Shown one piece after another: positions 1-6,843 of a stretch of DNA of 14,657 nucleotides. Both the position numbers and the translations under genes were made by a program. This DNA is from a virus, in UHGV virus genome UHGV-0107399; one strand, 5' to 3'. The notes beneath the pieces are model-generated. The model was given only the letters and a program-made list of their open reading frames with translations. It searched no databases and had not been told where the DNA came from. Position 1 is the stretch's first letter; every line of letters begins with the position of its first letter.

Positions 1-669
1 ATGATTGGCTTCTGCCAATTGTGCAGCCCATTCAAGGCCGTCTTTGTGTCCTTGCAGATAGTCCAACGGCAACTCATCACGATTACTTACGGGTTCGATT
101 TGTTCGGAATTACCGGACAACTGCATGGTACCTTCATTGGTGAGGGTACCATCTGCACCCTGAAGCATGGCTGCCCGGCACTCATCAACAGCCTGACACA
201 GCTTGGCGCGGTGATGTCCAGCCATAGTCCCTTTGTTCCAGTCATGCCCCATTGTCATGCCGTAAGCATGGTGGAGAAGGCGCTTGAAACACTCAGGCAC
301 AGCTACCGGCGCTGGAGGGGCGGTGTAGAGCGGCATTACCTCAATATTGAAGATATCCCCCTCGCTTGGACACGCCTCTGCGCTACCGTAAACCCAAGGG
401 TGAACGACTCCGTTACGCTTGTTGATTAATCTGTGCGCCCACGCCACAGGCTCCGCTTCGAGCGATGCCAGCAGCGCCAGCACGGTGGCGGGGTTGGCTG
501 CGGCGATAAATGCAGCATCACGCGCTTCGTTTTCACTGAATACCATGGCTATTTGCTCATGGTTCACGCCGTCAGTGGAGTAAATCTCATCGTCGAACTC
601 AACAGCCCACCGGCCTTTCGTCGCCTTCTCCGCTGCTTCCCGTAATCCACGTTTGTCGATGTTGCTCAT
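1..669 (-). CDS. Hypothetical phage protein, partial (start at 669, runs off window at 1); possibly Ead/Ea22-like
   Basis: Hand translation of the minus strand from ATG 667-669 gives MSNIDKRGLREAAEKATKGRWAVEFDDEIYSTDGVNHEQ... with no stop through position 1. AAGGAGG Shine-Dalgarno lies just upstream and the ATG overlaps the TGA stop of the upstream gene (ATGA at 666-669). The Ead/Ea22 resemblance is from memory only. Not in the supplied ORF track, presumably because it lacks a stop inside the window. Confidence 0.5.
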   Translation of the reverse strand, partial: MSNIDKRGLREAAEKATKGRWAVEFDDEIYSTDGVNHEQIAMVFSENEARDAAFIAAANPATVLALLASLEAEPVAWAHRLINKRNGVVHPWVYGSAEACPSEGDIFNIEVMPLYTAPPAPVAVPECFKRLLHHAYGMTMGHDWNKGTMAGHHRAKLCQAVDECRAAMLQGADGTLTNEGTMQLSGNSEQIEPVSNRDELPLDYLQGHKDGLEWAAQLAEANH

Positions 670-1148
670 TGGGCGGCCTCCTTGCGAATCTGCTCCCTGA
701 ACAAGCGGGCTGAGACGATGATGTCTCTGATGCGTACTGATTTTTCGTCGAACTGCTCACCACCGTTTTTAATATGCGCATCCAGTTCTGCACTGTGATG
801 CTGAATGAAAGCGTTGAGGTCATGCGCCCGCACTTCAGCCAGGAAAGCGTCTGTGGCCGGGGTTTCGCAGTCGAGCACATACTGGAATTCATGAAGCGTC
901 TGACCATCGATAAAATCCCCGATCTCCGGGTCGATCAGTTTATTGAACTTTGCGTACACGGCGCACGCTTCACCCAGAAGCTCGCGGCCCTTAGCCTTCA
1001 CCCCCGCATTCTCAGCAGCCAGCGCCGCGCACATGGCATCTGCTTCGGCAAATTTACGCACAAGATACTCGGCGTTGGTTTCGTTAACCTTCAGATCGCG
1101 TGGAATGCACTTGCCACGCAGAAAACCTTCCATCTCAAATAATTTCAT
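666..1148 (-). CDS. Hypothetical phage protein (160 aa)
   Basis: In-frame part of ORF 666..1370(-), starting at the internal Met of MKLFEMEGFLRGK. Its ATG (1146-1148) overlaps the stop of the upstream gene (ATGA at 1145-1148). No family recognised. Confidence 0.55.
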   Translation of the reverse strand: MKLFEMEGFLRGKCIPRDLKVNETNAEYLVRKFAEADAMCAALAAENAGVKAKGRELLGEACAVYAKFNKLIDPEIGDFIDGQTLHEFQYVLDCETPATDAFLAEVRAHDLNAFIQHHSAELDAHIKNGGEQFDEKSVRIRDIIVSARLFREQIRKEAAQ

Positions 1149-1444
1149 ACCCCTGCCCTCTCCCAAACCATCAATACTCGCTTCATCGCAGCGCTGTTGC
1201 GGCACTCCTGAAATATTCCGTTGGTGCAGCTGCGCGCGGTGCCATCCTGCTCTTCCGGCGTCGCCAGGCGATAAGTCACCGTTCGCCAGACCTTGCTCAC
1301 GCGGACAATCTTGCGGGACCGTTCCAGATCGATAGCGTTCTTCGTGATGCAGTTGATCGTCATACCGCATTCTGTGGCCACATCCTTCGCGGTGAAGGTC
1401 CGGTGCGTTTCGAGATAACGCAGAATTGCCTGTTTGCCTTTCAT
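1145..1444 (-). CDS. Hypothetical protein (99 aa), possible helix-turn-helix DNA-binding protein
   Basis: In-frame part of ORF 1145..1546(-), starting at the Met of MKGKQAILRYLETHRTFTAKDVATECGMT. Its start codon overlaps the stop of the DnaB-like gene at 1444-1446. The HTH call is a weak pattern guess. Confidence 0.5.
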   Translation of the reverse strand: MKGKQAILRYLETHRTFTAKDVATECGMTINCITKNAIDLERSRKIVRVSKVWRTVTYRLATPEEQDGTARSCTNGIFQECRNSAAMKRVLMVWERAGV

Positions 1445-2877
1445 CAGAAGCCCCCTTTCTTTTTCGGCTGCTGCTCGCGCCCGCGGCGTTCTGCGGCGGC
1501 GGCCTGCTGGTCTGTGTCGTAAATTGCCCCGTTGATCTGATTGCAATAAACCGTTCCGGTACTGCCGTGGCGGTTGAGTCGCAGGATTAACTCGGTTTCT
1601 CCTGGCGGCACGCTGTCATCGAAAGCACCTTCCCGGTGGATGCCAACCCAGTAGTCGCAGTCCTGCTCAATCTGTCCTGTGTCGCGGGAATCGCTCGGCA
1701 ACGGGCGTTTATTCACTCGCTTCTCAAGTTCACGGTTTAGCTGAGTCAGCAGCACGACGACGCAGCCAAGCTCTTTGGCGAGGTTCTTCAACCCTTTGGT
1801 GATCATCCCGTAGGCCAGGTCATTACGGTCGGCTTTTTCGGCTGTCATCAGCGTCAGGTAGTCAACCAGGATCATGCCTACGCAGCCCTTCTCGCGTTTG
1901 ATTCGGCGGCTTTCGCTAACGATGTGCGCCAGTGACAGTCCCGGAGTGTCGTCGATGTACAGCATGTCGATTTCACTCAGCCGGCCAGCTGTAGCGATCG
2001 CCTTCTTAAAGTCTCCGTCGTAGTCGCCCTGGTACTGGTCATCGGCGTCATCCGTGGCGGGCATGTAAAAAATGCTCGGATTTACGCCGGACTTCTGACC
2101 AACCAGTTTTTCGAGGATCTGGTCGCTCGGCATTTCAAGGCTGAACATCAGCGCTGGCTTTTTCTCACGAACCGCGCAGTTGATCGCCATCTGCCCGTAT
2201 AGGGTTGTCTTGCCCATCTTTGGCCTTGCGCCAATCACGAACAGAGAGCCTTTAACCAGACCTTTCGGCGCCAGCAGTCGGTCGAGTGACGGGATTCCGG
2301 TACTCATTCCGCGCTGTTCGCCTGAAGGGTCAAATCGCTTCTCCAGATCTGCCACCCAGTCATCCATAACCTCGCCGAACGACCGCAAACCACGGCGACT
2401 TCCGGTTTTTGAATGGTCTGCGAGCTGGGTGAAAATACCCTGAATGGCCTCGTACTTCTGCGTGGCGCTCATGCCGTTACGGGAATACAGCAGCTCAGTA
2501 GCTTCGGTCAGACGGTTGATACCGTAGCGCTCCATTGCGGCTTCCCGGACTGATGCTGCGTATGCCACGATGTTCGCAGCGCTTGGAGTGTTCTTGGCGA
2601 TCTCCGCCAGGTAAGCAAAGCCACCTACCTGCTCCGCGAGCCCTTTGCCTTCAAGCGCGTCGAACAATGTCAGACCATCGACTGGCTTGTTGTCGCGGAA
2701 CATCTGGCGCATCTCGGCAAAGATCAGCTGGTGAGGTCGGCTGTAGAACGACTCAGGCTTGAGCATCGCCAGAACCTTCTGGACTCGCTCGCTGTTGTCA
2801 TCATCCAGCAGCAGGCCACCGATAACGCTCTGCTCTGCTTCGAGGTTTTGCGGTACAGCCATGAATTCAGCGGTCAT
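1444..2877 (-). CDS. Replicative DNA helicase, DnaB family (phage-encoded, P22 gp12-like)
   Basis: ORF 1444..2901(-). N-terminus PQNLEAEQSVIGGLLLD and Walker A GARPKMGKTTL are typical of DnaB-family helicases. Start chosen at ATG 2875-2877 (MTAEF...), preceded by GAGGGGG at good spacing; the track start at 2901 is a TTG. Confidence 0.9.
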   Translation of the reverse strand: MTAEFMAVPQNLEAEQSVIGGLLLDDDNSERVQKVLAMLKPESFYSRPHQLIFAEMRQMFRDNKPVDGLTLFDALEGKGLAEQVGGFAYLAEIAKNTPSAANIVAYAASVREAAMERYGINRLTEATELLYSRNGMSATQKYEAIQGIFTQLADHSKTGSRRGLRSFGEVMDDWVADLEKRFDPSGEQRGMSTGIPSLDRLLAPKGLVKGSLFVIGARPKMGKTTLYGQMAINCAVREKKPALMFSLEMPSDQILEKLVGQKSGVNPSIFYMPATDDADDQYQGDYDGDFKKAIATAGRLSEIDMLYIDDTPGLSLAHIVSESRRIKREKGCVGMILVDYLTLMTAEKADRNDLAYGMITKGLKNLAKELGCVVVLLTQLNRELEKRVNKRPLPSDSRDTGQIEQDCDYWVGIHREGAFDDSVPPGETELILRLNRHGSTGTVYCNQINGAIYDTDQQAAAAERRGREQQPKKKGGF

Positions 2878-3766
2878 CACGATCCCCCTCGCGCACTTCA
2901 ATGTAGAGCTTTTCGGTCAGGAACTTATCGAATTTCATGCGGCGCCAGGTCTTCCCGGATTTCTGGTCTGGTCGGTCTTCAAGCATCCATCGGCAGTTCT
3001 GAGCGATGTAGCGCAGATAACTTCTGAAACCGTCCATATCCATCGGCTTGCCGTCCAGGTTGCGGGCGATCTTGTTAGCCTTACCCCAGAAGGTGCGGAT
3101 CAGATTGCGTCGCTCATCAGTGAGGCATCTCCATCCCCGTGCTTCAGGCAGTTCGTCTTTCAGGCATTGCCATACTTCATCGCATGACAAACGAGACTTT
3201 TTCTCTTCAGCGGGTTTCTGGTCATTTGCGACATACTTACTACCGTTAGGTAGTAAGTTATTTAATATATTGTTATCTGTGGACACTGGCTGGACATCGG
3301 CTGGACACTCCACCTCCACAGGCATTGGTACGACTGCGTTTGGGCTGGACACCGGCTGGACATCGGCTGGACAAAAATTTGACTGATATTCGTCATATTT
3401 GACCACTTTTAGAACAGTAAAACGGTTGTTCGATTTGGTGGTGATCATGCCCAGATTCTGGAATTTACGGAGCAGTGATTTAACGCGATCAGCGGTCAAA
3501 CCCGTTTCCATTGCCAGCGTGTTTCGCCCGGTAATGAACTCTCCGCGTTCGCAGATCACATCGCCGACATCAGTCGATACCAGTGTCTGTTCGTGATTAG
3601 CACGCAGGAGCAGGTGAACCCATAAATGAGCCGCCTCAGCGTCCTTGTAGAACGGCACATCCATAATTTTACGGTGCAGCAAGGCAAACCCCTTACCGTC
3701 ATTCGTGCGCGGTTTCTGGAGCCTTCTGGCCTCTCTGGCTTCGGCTAAATTGGATACGTTACCCAC
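2867..3766 (-). CDS. Replication initiator, lambda O / P22 gp18-like (assigned by position and internal iterons)
   Basis: ORF 2867..3772(-). Start chosen at GTG 3764-3766, with AAGGAG 7 nt upstream; the track start is a TTG directly abutting the SD. The gene sits between the cII-like gene and the DnaB-like helicase, and its stop overlaps the helicase start. The middle of the gene holds phased 11-bp direct repeats that encode the CPADVQPVS peptide repeats. Confidence 0.6.
   Translation of the reverse strand: MGNVSNLAEAREARRLQKPRTNDGKGFALLHRKIMDVPFYKDAEAAHLWVHLLLRANHEQTLVSTDVGDVICERGEFITGRNTLAMETGLTADRVKSLLRKFQNLGMITTKSNNRFTVLKVVKYDEYQSNFCPADVQPVSSPNAVVPMPVEVECPADVQPVSTDNNILNNLLPNGSKYVANDQKPAEEKKSRLSCDEVWQCLKDELPEARGWRCLTDERRNLIRTFWGKANKIARNLDGKPMDMDGFRSYLRYIAQNCRWMLEDRPDQKSGKTWRRMKFDKFLTEKLYIEVREGDRDDR
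3277..3378. repeat. Six phased 11-bp direct repeats (TGGACA core) inside the O-like gene, followed by an AT-rich stretch; candidate origin iterons
   Basis: TGGACA starts at 3280, 3291, 3302, 3346, 3357 and 3368, all offset by multiples of 11 bp (two triplets 44 bp apart). An AT-rich segment follows at 3371-3420. In lambda the origin iterons lie inside gene O. Confidence 0.55.
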
Positions 3767-3905
3767 GGCCAATCTCCTTACGTTTCAGTTCTTCAAGAAT
3801 GGCGCGCATCTTCTCTGCCACAATCGGGTTAACCGAGCGGATGAAGCGATCGCGGGTTATGTTTTTATGTACAGCGGTATGGTAATAGCGTGGATTTTTT
3901 GCCAT
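3759..3905 (-). CDS. Small hypothetical protein (48 aa)
   Basis: Internal start of ORF 3759..3989(-): ATG 3903-3905 (MAKNPRYYHT...) preceded by AGGAGG. Its 3' end overlaps the O-like start. Function unknown. Confidence 0.4.
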   Translation of the reverse strand: MAKNPRYYHTAVHKNITRDRFIRSVNPIVAEKMRAILEELKRKEIGRG

Positions 3906-3985
3906 TATTCCTCCTGCAACTACTCTCTTTTTTGCACCTGAAAGCCGTTGGTGTTCCAGCACCGCGGCTTTTCCCCTTTCTACGT

Positions 3986-4207
3986 TCATGCTTCAAAATC
4001 TCCCTTCACCCCATCCCGGTTCGAAATCAGGATGGCCAGCAGCAGCGACATGTTCGGTACCAGGTTTTCCCGCCACCGGCTTACGGTTGATTTATTCACG
4101 CCAGCTACTTCGGCGATCCTGGTTGTCCCAAGATCTGCGATTTGCCGCTGCACCCAGCTCTCAATTCGTCGTGCCTCCGCTTTGTTGCGTGTCGTTAAGG
4201 TCTCCAT
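3986..4207 (-). CDS. cII: CII-like transcriptional activator
   Basis: AEARRIESWVQRQIADLGTTRIAEVAGVNKSTVSRWRENLVPNMSLLLAILI aligns by eye with lambda CII (NEALRIESALLNKIAMLGTEKTAEAVGVDKSQISRWKRDWIPKFSMLLAVLEW). GAGGAA lies upstream of the ATG, and the gene sits immediately downstream of the cro-like gene. Confidence 0.8.
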   Translation of the reverse strand: METLTTRNKAEARRIESWVQRQIADLGTTRIAEVAGVNKSTVSRWRENLVPNMSLLLAILISNRDGVKGDFEA

Positions 4208-4234
4208 TTGCGATACTTCCTCTGATTTAATTGG

Positions 4235-4468
4235 TTATGCCGCGGTATTTCGCGGCGAGGCAAAAACCAGGCTCTCTTTGAGCACCGGATCCTGGCGGTG
4301 AAATTTTTTTGTGGCATCTTCGATAGCCGATGCCATTTCTGGTGATGCGCGACGATTTCCGTAAGCGATCTGGTCCAGATAACCTGGCGTTGTGTTTGCC
4401 AGTTTTGCGAGCTGCGCCCATTCGTCTGTAGTGGCGCCCTTACGCCAGCGATGCAGTTCAGTACTCAT
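4235..4468 (-). CDS. Cro-like HTH regulator (77 aa)
   Basis: First gene of the minus-strand operon, divergent from the cI-like repressor across an operator-rich spacer. GGAGA lies 5 nt upstream of ATG 4466-4468. The HTH-like segment is TDEWAQLAKLANTTPGYLDQIAYG. Called by position and size, not by recognised sequence identity. Confidence 0.6.
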   Translation of the reverse strand: MSTELHRWRKGATTDEWAQLAKLANTTPGYLDQIAYGNRRASPEMASAIEDATKKFHRQDPVLKESLVFASPRNTAA

Positions 4469-4584
4469 TGGTGTCTCCGGTTGAGTCGTTTGATTTGGAG
4501 TTTAGCGTTATGCTAAATACTACGCAAGCAACATTTAGCAATTTGCACATTTATCATTTTGCTAAAAGCAGTAACAATGCAGGG
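4469..4584. promoter_or_regulatory. OR-like operator/promoter region between the divergent cro-like and cI-like genes
   Basis: A perfect palindrome TTTAGCGTTATGCTAAA (4501-4517), plus two degenerate copies of the same ATTTAGC-N5-GCTAAAT pattern at about 4533-4551 and 4549-4567. Three sites between divergent repressor genes is the lambda OR1-3 arrangement. Confidence 0.6.
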
Positions 4585-5262
4585 ATGGAAAATAAAGAAA
4601 TCAGAAAAGCCAACCTGGAAGCGCTGTATGAGAAGCGCCAGCACGAGTCTGGAATGACAAAGGCGCAGTTCGCCGAGCTCATCGAGACAAGTCCGGCTGC
4701 GCTTAGCCAGCTGCTGGGACCAAACCCTCATCGCAATATCGGCGATAAGATGGCTCGCAAAATTGAAAGTGCGCTTGATCTGCCTTTTGGTTGGATGGAT
4801 GTTTTACACACCAGTGAAGAACCTTCGAACGTTGCATTTCGAGGACTGAACGAGACAAAAGGAAGTTATCCTGTAATCAGCTGGGTAAGCGCGGGGCAAT
4901 GGATGGAAGCTGTAGAACCTTATCACCGAAGAGCGATAGATCGCTGGTATGACACGACTGTTGACTGCTCAGAAGATTCATTCTGGCTTGACGTTAAAGG
5001 GGATTCTATGACCTCCCCGGCCGGGCTGAGCATACCAGAGGGGGCAGCGATACTTGTTGATCCTGAAGTCGAACCGCGCAACGGGAAGCTGGTTGTCGCG
5101 AAGCTTGAAGGCGATAACGAAGCGACCTTTAAGAAGCTTGTAATCGATGCCGGCAGACGCTTCCTTAAGCCTCTTAACCCCGCATATCCAATGATAGAGG
5201 TTAACGGCAACTGCAAAATTATCGGCGTTGTGGTTGATGCCAAGATACTGAACATCCCATAA
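4585..5262 (+). CDS. cI: CI-like prophage repressor (N-terminal HTH, C-terminal LexA/S24-type autocleavage domain)
   Basis: The C-terminal half (WVSAGQWMEA...FWLDVKGDSMTSPAGLSIPEGAAILVDPEVEPRNGKLVVAKLEGDNEATFKKLVIDAGRRFLKPLNPAYPMIE) aligns by eye with the lambda CI C-terminus, including the Ser (GDSM) and Lys (FKKL) of the catalytic dyad. Start chosen at ATG 4585 (MENKEIRK...) by analogy with the lambda CI N-terminus; the track ORF begins at 4468, and 4510 is another candidate. Confidence 0.85.
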   Translation: MENKEIRKANLEALYEKRQHESGMTKAQFAELIETSPAALSQLLGPNPHRNIGDKMARKIESALDLPFGWMDVLHTSEEPSNVAFRGLNETKGSYPVISWVSAGQWMEAVEPYHRRAIDRWYDTTVDCSEDSFWLDVKGDSMTSPAGLSIPEGAAILVDPEVEPRNGKLVVAKLEGDNEATFKKLVIDAGRRFLKPLNPAYPMIEVNGNCKIIGVVVDAKILNIP

Positions 5263-5282
5263 CCTCACGCAAATCCCGCTCA

Positions 5283-5308
5283 AGCCCGCCATCGCGCGGG
5301 CTTTTTTT
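5283..5308 (+). terminator. Rho-independent terminator downstream of the cI-like gene
   Basis: AGCCCGC (5283-5289), 6-nt loop, GCGGGCT (5296-5302), then a T7 run to 5308. Confidence 0.7.
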
Positions 5309-5345
5309 CGCCCTAAATTCCTGCCCTGTAAATTTTTAATCGCTT

Positions 5346-5422
5346 ATTAATCAATGCGCTAAATAAAACCCACCAATAATTTAGCATTTTGCTATTGCGC
5401 ATAATTTAGCATCACGCTAAAT
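5346..5422. promoter_or_regulatory. OL-like operator cluster, likely with the early-left promoter
   Basis: Three sites of the same ATTTAGC-N5-GCTAAAT family seen at OR: 5346-5364 (degenerate left half), 5379-5397 (ATTTAGCattttGCTATTG) and 5404-5422 (ATTTAGCatcacGCTAAAT, perfect). A candidate -10 CATAAT lies at 5400-5405. The exact promoter was not resolved. Confidence 0.55.
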
Positions 5423-5839
5423 TTACCCCATCGAAACGAAACATCGACAGCTGAGCGAAGTTAGCCAGCGGCGGACAGCAAGTCGCCTGCTTTTTAACAA
5501 CATGCAGATTTACAGCGTCAATGACCTGTTAAGACCCCTACACGTAAACGTGCTGTATCACCGGGTGCGATCCGGTCGGTGAGAGAGTATCCCCGCGCGA
5601 GAGCGAGAACGGCGTGAGAACGGGCAACACTGGCAGGGAGTTGGCGCTGACCAATACAGGGAATGTTATGGGATGTGGTGAAGGGTTCATGGACGGGAAT
5701 ATGTCGCACGTAAAGCGGCGAGGCCCGAGGAGCTATTGCCGAAGATAAGTAGGCCGAATCGGGTCGAAATGGGTCTCCCACCTACCACATCGCCAAAGCA
5801 TTTCTCCCGCATCAGCGGGTAACGACAGAGGGTAAGGGG

Positions 5840-6136
5840 ATGATCGACGACATCAAGCGCATCGACTCAATGATAAATGCGCTTCGCAATATGAAACAGG
5901 ACATCAAGCGTCAGCAGAAACTAAGTGAAATAAACAGTTTAGACCTGTCGCCGAAGCAAGCTCAAAAGCGCAATGCCGATGCTGACTGGATTGCGATGGA
6001 ACAGATTAAGCGTCGGCATGAGCTGCACGCTCTGTCTGTTGAGCTTGGGTTCGCTGAGCGCCGGGAAAGTTATGCTCCATTTGAATTAACTGACGGGTGG
6101 CACCGATTCGACCACAAGCCGCGCGAACCTCAATAG
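5840..6136 (+). CDS. Hypothetical protein (98 aa), first ORF of the early-left operon
   Basis: ORF 5840..6136(+), MIDDIKRIDSMINALRNMKQDIKRQQKLSEINS... AGAGGG lies about 7 nt upstream and an intrinsic terminator follows directly. Not arginine-rich at the N-terminus, so not obviously N-like. Confidence 0.5.
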   Translation: MIDDIKRIDSMINALRNMKQDIKRQQKLSEINSLDLSPKQAQKRNADADWIAMEQIKRRHELHALSVELGFAERRESYAPFELTDGWHRFDHKPREPQ

Positions 6137-6158
6137 CCGCCTAACCAGCGGCTTTTTC
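6135..6158 (+). terminator. Rho-independent terminator immediately after the first early-left ORF
   Basis: AGCCGC (6135-6140), loop ctaacca, GCGGCT (6148-6153), then TTTTT. Confidence 0.65.
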
Positions 6159-6299
6159 ATACCTGGAGTCATTTACGAGTGGCTCAAGTTATGACAACCG
6201 GCGGCCATCCACCGCCCATTGAAACACTGAATAAATGCGTTGAAGTCTTGTATTAACCGTTCCGCTGGCCTGGCGACAAGGGCAAACGAGGGGATTGAG

Positions 6300-6569
6300 A
6301 TGAAAGGTAATACGAAGAAAACAGGCATGATCGGCTTTGGAGCATGCTGGGCACGTAAATTCTATTCACGCCAAAAGCCAATGCAACTCCCAAGTTCTCG
6401 ATCGAATGGCGGGAAAGGTTCAAACAGCCCTGAAGCAAAACACCATCGCCGCGCCCAGCAGAGATTCAACAAAACAGGCGGCATTCCTCGCGGCAAAGCC
6501 TACGTGAAAATGTACCGCCTGGGATATCGCAGCGAGAGCCGAAAAGACCTTATGCGAGCGACTCAATAG
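6300..6569 (+). CDS. Hypothetical small basic protein (89 aa)
   Basis: Internal start of ORF 6240..6569(+): ATG 6300 (MKGNTKKTGMIGF...) with GAGGGGA 5 nt upstream. Lys/Arg-rich (HHRRAQQRFNK, YRLGYRSESRK). Its 3' end overlaps the convergent minus-strand gene by 20 bp. Whether it is truly coding is uncertain. Confidence 0.4.
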   Translation: MKGNTKKTGMIGFGACWARKFYSRQKPMQLPSSRSNGGKGSNSPEAKHHRRAQQRFNKTGGIPRGKAYVKMYRLGYRSESRKDLMRATQ

Positions 6570-6843
6570 GTTTCAGGGCTAACGGCTGATCCTGTTCCGG
6601 CACATATCGCTCTTTGACAATAACAGCCAGTTTTTGCTTAGCCGCAGGGTCGTCATTAGATGTGACGAGTCTGTTTATCTGTTCTGAAAGTGAAAACCAT
6701 CCGTGAGTATCGCAAACGTAAACCACTGATGGAACTTCACGAATAGTTGGTGGTTTTACTTTGATGTTAACCAACTGATTTGTCTGGTTAAAAGACAAAG
6801 AATCTTCACCACAAATAGGACATGGCTTAGTTACTGATTTCAT
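6550..6843 (-). CDS. Hypothetical protein (97 aa) with N-terminal zinc-ribbon-like motif; moron-like gene on the opposite strand inside the early-left operon
   Basis: ORF 6550..6843(-), MKSVTKPCPICGEDSLSF...VVYVCDTHGWF. The CPICGE ... C-x2-H spacing resembles a YgiT/MqsA-type zinc ribbon (pattern only). AAGGA lies 7 nt upstream of the ATG. Local GC content looks lower than in flanking genes. Confidence 0.55.
   Translation of the reverse strand: MKSVTKPCPICGEDSLSFNQTNQLVNIKVKPPTIREVPSVVYVCDTHGWFSLSEQINRLVTSNDDPAAKQKLAVIVKERYVPEQDQPLALKPIESLA

Noticed and set aside
1-645. Plus-strand ORFs 1..429 and 433..645 from the track
   Set aside because: They lie antisense to a minus-strand reading frame that is open from 669 through position 1, has a strong AAGGAGG SD and is translationally coupled to the upstream gene. 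The plus-strand ORFs have no comparable start signals.
599-1522. ORFs 599..907(-), 774..1142(+), 943..1335(+), 1100..1522(+)
   Set aside because: They overlap the coupled minus-strand genes 666..1148 and 1145..1444 in other frames or antisense. Their compositions are Ala/Arg/Ser/Pro-rich, as expected for spurious frames in GC-rich coding DNA.
2180-3386. Plus-strand ORFs inside the DnaB-like and O-like genes (2180..2443, 2535..2762, 2731..3027, 2759..3187, 3048..3386)
   Set aside because: They are antisense to well-supported minus-strand genes and have low-complexity Arg/Ser-rich translations.
3890-4421. ORFs 3890..4090(+), 3948..4301(+), 3988..4230(+), 4227..4421(-)
   Set aside because: They overlap the cII-like and cro-like genes antisense or out of frame, with no independent signals.
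4468-4584. Upstream in-frame extension of the cI-like ORF (starts at 4468 or 4510)
   Set aside because: The extension would run through the operator palindromes of the divergent promoter region, and the N-terminus aligns with lambda CI from MENKE onward. The start at 4585 is preferred but not proven.
5518-5781. Minus-strand ORF of 87 aa in the leader region
   Set aside because: The Pro/Ser/Arg/Ala-rich translation has no SD and is typical of an antisense artefact of a purine-rich plus strand. The region is treated as non-coding leader.
5680-5800. Possible tRNA-like element (GGGTCGAAAT and CCA-containing segment)
   Set aside because: No cloverleaf with proper acceptor, D, anticodon and T arms could be built by eye. 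Likely coincidental.
6240-6569. The basic 89-aa protein as an N-like antiterminator
   Set aside because: Considered because it is small, basic and sits early in the operon. However, the arginine-rich stretch is not N-terminal, no boxA/boxB-like nut site was identified upstream, and it lies downstream of a terminator. Left as hypothetical.
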